DNA from: Verrucomicrobiota bacterium
GTDB lineage: Bacteria > Verrucomicrobiota > Verrucomicrobiia > Limisphaerales > JAKPVM01
Direction: 5' to 3'
Assembly (NCBI GenBank): GCA_039793825.1
Contig: JBAMMJ010000036.1
Coordinates: 25,135-58,200, forward strand
Length of the DNA stretch: 33,066 nt
Below, one piece after another: positions 18,582-26,994 of the stretch (position 1 is its first letter; every line of letters begins with the position of its first letter). Below the pieces are notes generated by a model. That model saw only the letters and a list, made by a program, of their open reading frames with translations. It made no database searches and was not told the DNA's origin. The position numbers and the translations under genes were made by a program.

Positions 18582-19234
18582 TTTTTACATTGTTCGGTCC
18601 TGACTCCATAAACTTTTTCGGCGCGAACCTGCACAAGTTGCGCCACAATGCTTACGGCTATTTCCGGGACAGTTTGCGAATGAATTTGTAGCCCGACAGG
18701 ACAATGAACCCGCGCAAGAATCTCTTCTGTGGCTATAGATTGCTGTTTAAATTCATCAAATATAATCCGGGCTTTCCTCCTGCTTCCAATCATACCAAGA
18801 AAAGAAAATGGTTTGTGAATCCAGTGTTTAAGAACCAGAGCATCGTGCCGATGTCCGCGGGTTATTATCAGTCCGAATGTGTGCCAATCGGGAAATTCAT
18901 TTCTTGAGAGCATTTCATTCCAATCCCCAACATTGATTGAGACCTCTTTTGGAAAAAATTCTGGGCTTGCGACTGATGGTCTATCATCAAATACCGTGAC
19001 AGAAAATCCCAGCATCACAGCCATCGGCGCAACAGCGCGGGCTATATGTCCAGCCCCTGCAATCCACAAATTGCATTGCGGAAATACAATTTCTTGATAT
19101 AGTAAACCTTCCTCTTCTGTCTCAATCAATTTGATATTAAAATTTTTATCTATCCCCCAACTAATCGGAGATTTCACTTCAGCAAGTTTTTGCCAGATAT
19201 TTTTTGCATCAAATGCGTTTGGCAAAATTAACAC
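18578..19234 (-). CDS. XdhC-family accessory protein, C-terminal Rossmann domain fragment (tracked from a GTG; in frame with the upstream fragment)
   Basis: LWIAGAGHIARAVAPMAVMLGFSVTVFDDRP and ITRGHRHD...LGMIGSRRK are typical of XdhC_C. The frame stays open for 11 codons upstream (DEGLICGGLVK) up to an in-frame TGA at 19268-19270. Confidence 0.75.
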   Translation of the reverse strand: MLILPNAFDAKNIWQKLAEVKSPISWGIDKNFNIKLIETEEEGLLYQEIVFPQCNLWIAGAGHIARAVAPMAVMLGFSVTVFDDRPSVASPEFFPKEVSINVGDWNEMLSRNEFPDWHTFGLIITRGHRHDALVLKHWIHKPFSFLGMIGSRRKARIIFDEFKQQSIATEEILARVHCPVGLQIHSQTVPEIAVSIVAQLVQVRAEKVYGVRTEQCKK

Positions 19235-19267
19235 TTTTACCAGACCTCCGCAGATAAGTCCTTCATC

Positions 19268-19540
19268 TCATCCGAAATCATGGTCAAGCAAAAGGTCAAA
19301 AATAGCGGGTTTGCCTGATACCAGCGCCGCGCGGGCGCGCGCCTGAACTTCTGCCTCCAGACATCCACCACCGATAGTTCCGAGAATCCTACCGTCCTGA
19401 TAAAATATCGCCTTTGCCCCTTTTTTCTGAGGGCTTGAACCTCTGCAATCGCTAATTATACCAAGCGCAAACGGCTCATTATTTTCCGACACATTGCTTA
19501 ACAGGCGATAAAATTGAGTCATAAAAACTCTATAATCCAA
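19268..19540 (-). CDS. XdhC-family accessory protein, N-terminal XdhC_CoxI domain fragment (ends at an in-frame TGA)
   Basis: GSSPQKKGAKAIFYQDGRILGTIGGGCLEAEV is the XdhC_CoxI signature. The ORF ends ...LLLDHDFG-TGA, in the same frame as ORF 18578-19234. Confidence 0.75.
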   Translation of the reverse strand: MDYRVFMTQFYRLLSNVSENNEPFALGIISDCRGSSPQKKGAKAIFYQDGRILGTIGGGCLEAEVQARARAALVSGKPAIFDLLLDHDFG

Positions 19541-19575
19541 ATCCAGAATGATTGCAATCGGATTGGAGATGTAGC

Positions 19576-21831
19576 CTACGACTCTACAATCCTCGTCAAT
19601 CCCTCGTAAGGTCGGCGTTCATCAAGGATTCGTTCAAGTCTGTATCTTGGAAATGCTTTTAGCGATAAAACAAGTGCAATTGTAAAATCGTCCGGACCGG
19701 AACGTTCCGATCTGATTCTCAACGTGAGCGCCGCCGTCCAACTTCTTAAATCCCTGAACAGCGAGTAATACTGTTCCTCCATTCGCCCGTCACGGGCTTC
19801 AAAATGGTGAGACATATGGAATCCCCAGTTTTCATTAAATTTGTAGTAAAAGCTTGTGTAATAGATGTTTTGAGCTATATCCGCCGATGACAACGGATCA
19901 TTTCTTATATAACGATTCCCAATTGTAACACTCCAGATATTATTCGGCGTAAGCGTTAAACGGTGGTTGATTTCGCGCAGATAACCGCTATTAATATCAA
20001 ACCGCGCGTCCTGACTCAACATAAGATACGAGCGCGGACTGAAATCAAATTGTGAAAATACATCCGAAAAAGTAGATTGTCCCGGACGTGGACTCAGACG
20101 CCAGTCGGTGAAAATTTGCCAATCAAATAGGTTGTCAATTTCGCCTTTCCGCTTTGTTTGAAGTTTATTCCATAATGAAAACCGAAATACATTCTGGCTA
20201 TCTACAGAATCAATTGAATTGTAGTCTGGATAATCAATCGGCAACGGTCTATAGCCATACACTTCATAGTCAAATTGCGGCAATTTATTCGGCTTTACCG
20301 ATGGAGACGGCACATATACATAATTGATTACCGGTTGAATAATGTGTCTTAAACCGTCCAGGTCCAACATTTTGCTTTTAGTGTTCGCCCAAACCTTTGA
20401 CGCTTTTGTTGAAAGCTCAACGCCCGTGTTGAAAACCGTGCGGGCTTCGGATTTCGTTGTAGCTCCATTGCCGGTGGCTTCGCTATACGCCGTAAATCTG
20501 CCGCCAACCCGGGGCGTAATATTTAGCCAGCCATAATAAGTTTGCGGCAAAAGAATTTGATGAAATGTATCAGCCCGCCACGCCGCAAAATCAGGTTTCT
20601 CATTATTCGCAAATTTTCTTCTAAACCACCCCCCCGAACTTTCACTTTCGTAATAAAATGGAGATTCTCCAAGTTGTTGTCTGTATCCGGTCAGTTTAAT
20701 ATCAGGCAATCTCTCCACAGTTTCATAAAAGTCGTTAATTCGCGGTTGAGCCATCAAGTCAAGACCGAAATTTGACCATTGATGATTCAATTCAAAAAAA
20801 GAGGCTGGCTGGGTGTTGCGGCGGTATTCGTGTTCAAAAAAGTCATGCAACATCATCTGATCGCTTTGATAACGCCCCACAATCTTAGCAATTGTATTGG
20901 TGCTCAAACCCATTTTATAGGTGAAATTGAACTTATGTCGGTCTGCTGGCATCTGACTGCCATTTACATCCTTGCTCGGGTCCTCATCGTGAACAAAATA
21001 ATATTCAAAAGCCGTCTCACCATATTGCCCCAGATGTAAATTAACATCTGAACCAAGTCCAACGCCGCGTCGCTGTCTATAATCAAGATGCAACGCGCCG
21101 TCCAGTTCTTCTCTTAAATACCAATTATAAGAATTGAGCAAATACGGACCGTATTTCCCGCGATACCCCGGCGTGTGCGTAAAATAATTTAAATGCCTGC
21201 CAAGCCGCCGCCTATAATAAGGGAAATACATCACTGGCACATCTCCAGCGTATAAATAAGCGTTGTGGGCTTCTAAATATTTCTCCGGCACAATCTTCAG
21301 ATATTTTGTCCGAACCTTGTGAGCCGGTTTTGAAAAGTCATCTGTGGTTATATAGACATCGTTAAGGTGGTAAACATTATTTGAAAGATTTGCCGAAATA
21401 GATGAACCTTTTACAAAAAACGGCGGCGCTCCACCGCGGACGTCTTTTGCCTCTATTTTTTGCTCTTTATAATCCCATTCAACAAAGCCCGCGCGCCATA
21501 TCTGTCCCCTGCTCACCACACAAACGTCGCCCTCAGCCCAAATCTTCCCATCCTCCTCTTTAATCTTAATCCTTTTTGCCGTAATTACAGAATCACCGTA
21601 AAACACCCGCACACCTTTTTCGGCTGTAGCCTCGCCTGTGTTTATATCGTAATCAACAACCCCTTCAGGGTCTAATGCCTTGATAATGATCTCTCCTGTT
21701 TTTGGCTGACTATAATCTTCACCGCCTGAACAATAAAAAATTGTTGAAAACAAAAACAAAGCGCACGCATAAGAAAACGCGTTTTTAAAACAAAAAGAAA
21801 CTGTTCTTTTAATCAAAAAGTCTCTATTCAT
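19576..21831 (-). CDS. lptD: LPS-assembly outer-membrane protein LptD (OstA N-domain plus beta-barrel)
   Basis: The 751-aa product has a signal-like N-terminus and an OstA-like jellyroll segment (VITAKRIKIKEEDGKIWAEGDV). The characteristic block is ...TTDDFSKPAHKVRTKYLKIVPEKYLEAHNAYLYAGDVPVMYFPYY. The C-terminus is aromatic-rich and beta-barrel-like. Confidence 0.75.
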   Translation of the reverse strand: MNRDFLIKRTVSFCFKNAFSYACALFLFSTIFYCSGGEDYSQPKTGEIIIKALDPEGVVDYDINTGEATAEKGVRVFYGDSVITAKRIKIKEEDGKIWAEGDVCVVSRGQIWRAGFVEWDYKEQKIEAKDVRGGAPPFFVKGSSISANLSNNVYHLNDVYITTDDFSKPAHKVRTKYLKIVPEKYLEAHNAYLYAGDVPVMYFPYYRRRLGRHLNYFTHTPGYRGKYGPYLLNSYNWYLREELDGALHLDYRQRRGVGLGSDVNLHLGQYGETAFEYYFVHDEDPSKDVNGSQMPADRHKFNFTYKMGLSTNTIAKIVGRYQSDQMMLHDFFEHEYRRNTQPASFFELNHQWSNFGLDLMAQPRINDFYETVERLPDIKLTGYRQQLGESPFYYESESSGGWFRRKFANNEKPDFAAWRADTFHQILLPQTYYGWLNITPRVGGRFTAYSEATGNGATTKSEARTVFNTGVELSTKASKVWANTKSKMLDLDGLRHIIQPVINYVYVPSPSVKPNKLPQFDYEVYGYRPLPIDYPDYNSIDSVDSQNVFRFSLWNKLQTKRKGEIDNLFDWQIFTDWRLSPRPGQSTFSDVFSQFDFSPRSYLMLSQDARFDINSGYLREINHRLTLTPNNIWSVTIGNRYIRNDPLSSADIAQNIYYTSFYYKFNENWGFHMSHHFEARDGRMEEQYYSLFRDLRSWTAALTLRIRSERSGPDDFTIALVLSLKAFPRYRLERILDERRPYEGLTRIVES

Positions 21832-22281
21832 TTATTAATCTATCTCTTTTAAAAATCATCACTTGATTTTGTTAGCATAAATTAATATGGAATTAAACAA
21901 TTTTTAGCGGACTTTTAAAAGAGGAATCTATAACAAAAAGAATGTGGCGACGGCGTTAATTTGAGACACGGCGTTTTTGATAACACTGTGATGATATCAT
22001 CATTTTTAATTTCCCCAGAGACCATTTTTAATTATGGGTGCAAAATAGAGAGCGCCCAGTTTAAGGTCAGGGGTAATAGTGCTACCTTACGCCCCGGTCA
22101 TTAATGTCTCATACAACCGGTATTTTTAAAGAGCCTGTCGCCACTTAAACTAATTTACATCACTCCCCACAATTATCAATGATTTTTTCCAAGCAAATAT
22201 ATGTTTTCGCGCCAAAAATAACTTTGTTTATTTTGCTCATAATAAATTGCCTACATTAATATTCAGGTTTAAACTAATTTT

Positions 22282-22854
22282 ATGTTAAACAAATTGAAAA
22301 ATCGGACAAATTTGTTTGTTGCCGGCTTAATTATAGAATTCCTTGTTTTCATCGCAGCAGTTGGTTTGAGTTTTCTTTTCAAATACAAACTTTTCCACAA
22401 TTTTGAAATCAGTCCGCTTGCCTTTTTTAAAGGAATTGCCTTTGCCATTCCTCCATTTATTTTGTTATTGATTATATTAAGAAGCGATTTAAATCCGTTT
22501 AAGAGAATAAAAGAGATTCTTTATAATTTTGTTGATTCCTATTTAGGGTTTTGCTCAGTCTATCAACTTGCGCTCTTATCTCTTGTGGCTGGGATTGGCG
22601 AAGAAGCGCTTTTTAGAGGATTTTTACAGGGCATTTTAGGAAATCAATTCGGAGGAGCTATTGGAATTGTGGTCACGAACCTTGCGTTTGGCTCTCTTCA
22701 TTTAATCACTCAAACCTATGGAATAATTGCCTTCTTAATTGGATGCTATCTGAGTGGGGTCATTCATTACACAGATAATTTGTTCATACCAATGTGGTGC
22801 CACGCAATCTACGATTTTGCCGCATTATGTTATATAAGATTTTATAAAAAATAA
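22282..22854 (+). CDS. CPBP-family (CAAX/Abi) intramembrane glutamic metalloprotease
   Basis: The protein is polytopic and carries the three family motifs: GIGEEALFRGFLQ (EExxxR), FGSLHL (FxxxH) and HAIYDF (HxxxD/N). Confidence 0.85.
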   Translation: MLNKLKNRTNLFVAGLIIEFLVFIAAVGLSFLFKYKLFHNFEISPLAFFKGIAFAIPPFILLLIILRSDLNPFKRIKEILYNFVDSYLGFCSVYQLALLSLVAGIGEEALFRGFLQGILGNQFGGAIGIVVTNLAFGSLHLITQTYGIIAFLIGCYLSGVIHYTDNLFIPMWCHAIYDFAALCYIRFYKK

Positions 22855-22856
22855 AA

Positions 22857-22882
22857 ACCGGCGTTAGAAATCCAACGCCGGT
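22857..22882. terminator. GC-rich hairpin between convergent genes, acting as an intrinsic terminator (best for the minus-strand DUF1080 gene)
   Basis: ACCGGCGTT-agaaatcc-AACGCCGGT forms a 9-bp perfect stem. On the minus strand it is followed by TTTTT (complement of A-run 22852-22856). On the plus strand the following U-tract is poor. Confidence 0.6.
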
Positions 22883-22904
22883 GGTCTTAATATTTTAACA
22901 CCTT

Positions 22905-23714
22905 TTATTGTTGGTCGTATTCTCCTAAAGAACGAATCCAGATGTTCCTGAACCTGACGGGATTACCGTGGTCCTGCAACATAATCGGTCCGCGTGGTGG
23001 ATGCGGTCTACCATATTTAGAAAGTTCTCGGTGCAAACTCGGACCGAGATATTCCTTTTTATGATGCAACACGATGCCGTTTAAAATAACAGTTGCATAT
23101 GCCGGTTTAAGAAGTTTACCGCTTTCATCCCATCTTGGTGCTTCAAAAATTATATCATAGGTCTGCCACTCACCAGGTTTTCTTGCGGCGTTGACAAGCG
23201 GTGGCCATTGACCATATAAAGCCCCTAATGAACCATCCGCGTATGTTCGGTTCTGATAAGAATCCAAAACCTGAACCTCATATCTGCCATAAATCAAAAT
23301 TCCGCTATTTCCCCGCTCCTGGCTGTTCCCCTTTACAACAGAAGGCGTGGCAAACTCAAGATGAAGCTGAAAATCTCCAAACTCATCCTTTGTTCTTATG
23401 CTGCCCTTACCATTGACCTCCATATAACCGTTCTCAACCTTCCATGCTGCAGGTTGCCCTTTACCATCAACCCATTTTGACAAATCCTTTCCGTCGAATA
23501 ACACCACCGCATCAGATGGCGGCGGAGCCATATCGCTAAAACGTTCTCCAGGGGTCACAACGCGGGGCTGCGGACGGTCAGGGTCGTGAACCCTCCACTT
23601 TTGCCCGGGCAACATTGGTGTATCAGTGTAGCCCACAGGTGCTTCGCCACAGTAACAGGCGTAACCCAATAAAACCGAATAAACTGCGCTGATGATTATT
23701 TTTGTTCTTTTCAT
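22905..23714 (-). CDS. Secreted DUF1080 / 3-keto-disaccharide-hydrolase-domain protein
   Basis: A signal peptide is followed by WKVENGYMEV, IRTKDEFGDFQLHLEF, GNSGILIYGRYEVQVLDS and a C-terminal IMLQDHGNPVRFRNIWIRSL. Together these are the classic PF06439 pattern. Confidence 0.85.
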   Translation of the reverse strand: MKRTKIIISAVYSVLLGYACYCGEAPVGYTDTPMLPGQKWRVHDPDRPQPRVVTPGERFSDMAPPPSDAVVLFDGKDLSKWVDGKGQPAAWKVENGYMEVNGKGSIRTKDEFGDFQLHLEFATPSVVKGNSQERGNSGILIYGRYEVQVLDSYQNRTYADGSLGALYGQWPPLVNAARKPGEWQTYDIIFEAPRWDESGKLLKPAYATVILNGIVLHHKKEYLGPSLHRELSKYGRPHPPRGPIMLQDHGNPVRFRNIWIRSLGEYDQQ

Positions 23715-23813
23715 AATAAAAGATTACTTTCACAATTTTATTAAAATTTTGCAAGCAAACAATTTTTAAGAGTTAGTCAATTTATCTGCATTGTCTATTC
23801 TGTTTAAATCAAA

Positions 23814-26008
23814 CTAAAACCTGAAAGTAAGCGCCATTTTTACAGTTGTCTCAAATATTTGCCTCCTCAAATGCCAGTCATCAAATAAATATCCGTTGTT
23901 GACAATAAGGAAAAGATCGTTGCCCGGACGTAGAGTCCACCTGAAACGGCTATTCCATCCAAGAGATTGACTTTTATTGTCATATTGAATCAGATTGTTC
24001 AACACAATATCAGGGGTGAAATTGATATCAAATTTTGCACTTGCTATCCGAACGATAAAAGAACCTTCCGGCAGATTAATATCCCGCAATTCATAAGAAA
24101 AACCTGAAGAGAAATGTTTTGTCGGTCGCCAGTTAAAACCAACTAAATAATCGCTTCGGGAACCATCATAAAAATCGCCAAATCTGTAAGAAAACATTCC
24201 CCCGATTGCCCTTGCATCACTGCTACGCAAAGTAAGTCTGCCCCATTTCCATCTGTAGTCATTCTCCGGTATAAATACATTATCCCATATTTCAAACTGC
24301 TCATCCACCACATCGCGGTTTAGTCCGAGCATTGCGTAAAAACTATCTCCTGATGGTGTAAGAATGTTAATAAAAGGCAGGTCGTGGTCTTCTTCAACAA
24401 TGCGGTTTGCCAGATCGGTTTTAAATAATGGCACAACTCCAATAGATAAAGTTCTCACATAAGTAGTATTTAATCGCCACACATACCGAATTGCCTGACG
24501 GTAAAATCGGATCCCGCGTCTATCTATAAAGCCGAGTGCTGGATCAAATTTAGAACCGTTTTGTCTGAATGTGGTATGCAGGTCAAGCGGCTCGTTCGGG
24601 TAATCAACATCCACACCAAACGCCGCGTCATCGCCATCCATTTTATCGGATGAACTCCCCATAAAATAAGTTCGGACGATAAATTGGCGTCCTTCGGGCA
24701 GGCTATTATTTATGTAGTTAAAATCAATTCCGCCGAGCGCAGAGTCACCAACGGATGTCGGATCACCATAAGTGCCGATAAAACCGATATTTGACTCTTC
24801 AAACACCTGTCTGGAAATTCTTAATACTGAAAGATTTTTGCTGGAATATCTCCATATTCATCCTGCTGCACGTTAATAAACGCCAGACTTGTGCCATCAA
24901 ACCTTCCCGTTAATCTTAAACCGCCTAACAAATCAACAGGCTTGCCATACGGGTCTAAACCGATCCGCCGGGAGTAAAATGGAAGTGGAGAAAATTCAAT
25001 CCCACCAAAACTAAACAGGGCTGAGTCGCGAGCAAAAAAATCTCGCTTTTCAGGATAAAACAACGGAAACCTGGTTAAATTTACCAGCCTGTCATCAACC
25101 TCTGCGTCGGCAAAATCCGTATTAAGAGTCGCCTGTGCGAGCAATGATGGAGTTATATTATAAGAAATATCCAGTCCCGGTCTTAATTTCCAGTTTTTGA
25201 GATTCTCCTCTTTGTCTTCTCTAAATGCGATGCTTGCAACTGGTTTAACTTCAAGTCCCAGCCCTTGATGAATGTTGGTAATTCCTCGGATTTCGCCAAA
25301 ATCGCTAAGCAACGTCATCTCTCGCGAAGGACTTATCGCAGTCCACCTTACCACCTCCTGTTTGCGTCTAATCACCCGTTCAATATTGCATCCCCAGTAA
25401 CCTCGCGAAATATCAAAGGCTATGCTCTTAAATGGAATTGAGATTTCTACGCCCCACCCGTGCTCCATAATCTTTGATTTAGCAAACCAGATTGCGTCCC
25501 AGTTTTTTCTTTCAACATAAAAGTCCTGAATCTATCCATCAATCCTCGCCCCTGCCGGATTAATCGCAAAATAATATCCAAATTGTTGCCTTCCAAAAGT
25601 GTCAATGGCGATTTTGATATAATCGTCCGAGCGTAGATTCGCGTCTCTTTGCATCTGCTTGACAATTATTTTGTGCGGCTCGCTATCATAACACATTATC
25701 CCAATGTAGAGGAAATTTTCATCATAAAGCATTCTAACCTCCGTTTGCTCGCTCGGCGCCGCACCAGCTACTGGAATTACCTGTGTAAAATTAGTTATTG
25801 GTTTTGAAATCTTCCAGCAATCTTCATTCAGAATACCATCAATTACAGGCGGCGTCGGTGTTCTGACCGCTTCTATAAAAGGTTTTTCAGCAGCAATGGA
25901 GAAAGAGACTGATAAAAATAAAATACTAAAAATAATGAATTTAACAAAATAACAAACAGCGGTATCCACAGCCCGCTTGCTACGTCTGTTAAATTCCAAC
26001 TTCATCAA
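23814..26008 (-). pseudogene. Disrupted CBM9-like + DUF5916 outer-membrane beta-barrel gene (three ORF fragments)
   Basis: The fragments are 25532-26008 (signal plus CBM9-like PPVIDGILNEDCW...LYIGIMCYD), 24821-25468 (GWGVEISIPFKSIAF...) and 23814-24806 (beta-barrel ending ...KMALTFRF). Fragments 1 and 2 are in the same frame and are separated by TAG 25532-25534. Fragments 2 and 3 differ by a -1 frame change at the A5 run (plus T-run 24835-24839). The summed length of about 730 aa fits the family. Confidence 0.65.
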
Positions 26009-26120
26009 TCTAATGTATTTCGCTAATTTTTAAATGGATAAATGCAATTATTTTGATTAATTCAGACTCCTTTTTAAACAAAATTATTCAGAAAAATTAT
26101 GAAGATTAATTTGCGGTTTA

Positions 26121-26993
26121 TTATGGCGATTTTTGAACGATACCGGGAATATCGTCAGAAGAAATCTTTCTGGCGCCTCCGCAAATGTAGATTCGTCCAT
26201 CATTATCCAGCCAGAGTCTCGGACGCGAGATGGTGTATTCGTGTGTCTCTCTTAAAAACAGGCGGCCATCAGGACTGATCACCGAATATTTAAAAGTTTT
26301 CGCCCCCACCTGATAAAGAATATGCAGGTTGTTGAATTTATCAAGATTTGTCTCGGGTCTCCCTATAGAGGTTAAGTTTCCCAAATAAACCATTTTAAAT
26401 ATTTTGTCTTCTTCCACATTGCTAAGCCTGAAATAAAGCCGAAGGTGTTGTTTGAAATTTGCAAGCAGCAAGGCATATTTCCGAACCTCCGGTGGCGTGT
26501 TCGGGTCTTTTTCTTTCGGAACGCCAAATTCTTTTTCCCAGATCTTTACCCCTGTAACAATATCAAATGTGGAGGGATCGCTGTTAAAAGTTTTGTTCCA
26601 CGATTTTATTTTAACATTCACCGTAGCTGAATATCTGTCCGGGGAATTTACTTTAAAATATGGTTGAATATCTATTCTTAAAATAGCAACCTCGCCGCTC
26701 TGTATAGTAAAATCCTCCTGCGCGGGGATATCAGTTTCTTTTGCTATAACTCGCCCGGATTTTGTCTCCATTGTGAAATCCAGCCAATCATCTTCTTTTT
26801 TAAACGCGATAGTCTGACCCGAAACATTGCTGATTTTGACTACAGCGATTATTGGTTCATAAGCGAGGTATTGTTCCTGCGGAAATGAGAGATCAACTTT
26901 TATCTGCGCCCTGCCAATTGCAGTTATCAATAATAAACCGCCGACAATCCCCAATAATTCAAGTTTTAAACCCCGTATGTGAGTAAAATTCAT
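26121..26993 (-). CDS. Hypothetical secreted/periplasmic beta-rich protein
   Basis: The 290-aa ORF has an N-terminal signal-like segment (LELLGIVGGLLLITAIGRAQ). I recognise no motif. Its start lies 1 nt after the lpxD stop, which suggests co-transcription. Confidence 0.5.
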   Translation of the reverse strand: MNFTHIRGLKLELLGIVGGLLLITAIGRAQIKVDLSFPQEQYLAYEPIIAVVKISNVSGQTIAFKKEDDWLDFTMETKSGRVIAKETDIPAQEDFTIQSGEVAILRIDIQPYFKVNSPDRYSATVNVKIKSWNKTFNSDPSTFDIVTGVKIWEKEFGVPKEKDPNTPPEVRKYALLLANFKQHLRLYFRLSNVEEDKIFKMVYLGNLTSIGRPETNLDKFNNLHILYQVGAKTFKYSVISPDGRLFLRETHEYTISRPRLWLDNDGRIYICGGARKISSDDIPGIVQKSP

Positions 26994-26994
26994 T

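Noticed and set aside
19235-19270. The in-frame TGA in xdhC read as a selenocysteine codon, or as evidence of a genome-wide alternative genetic code (TGA = Trp or Gly).
   Set aside because: Only a weak 6-bp hairpin with two G-U pairs follows the TGA, and no convincing SECIS-like apical loop is present. All other long ORFs (up to 1269 aa) contain no TGA, Trp is encoded by TGG, and TGA ends at least two genes. A global reassignment is therefore not supported. Local read-through remains a minor possibility and is kept under findings.
25447-25665. A 72-aa ORF bridges the first two DUF5916 fragments and might be taken as the missing linker.
   Set aside because: The true continuation lies in the same frame as fragment 1, straight through TAG 25532-25534 (…ARIDG*IQDFYVERKNWDAIW…). 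The 72-aa ORF is in a different frame and has no family-like sequence.
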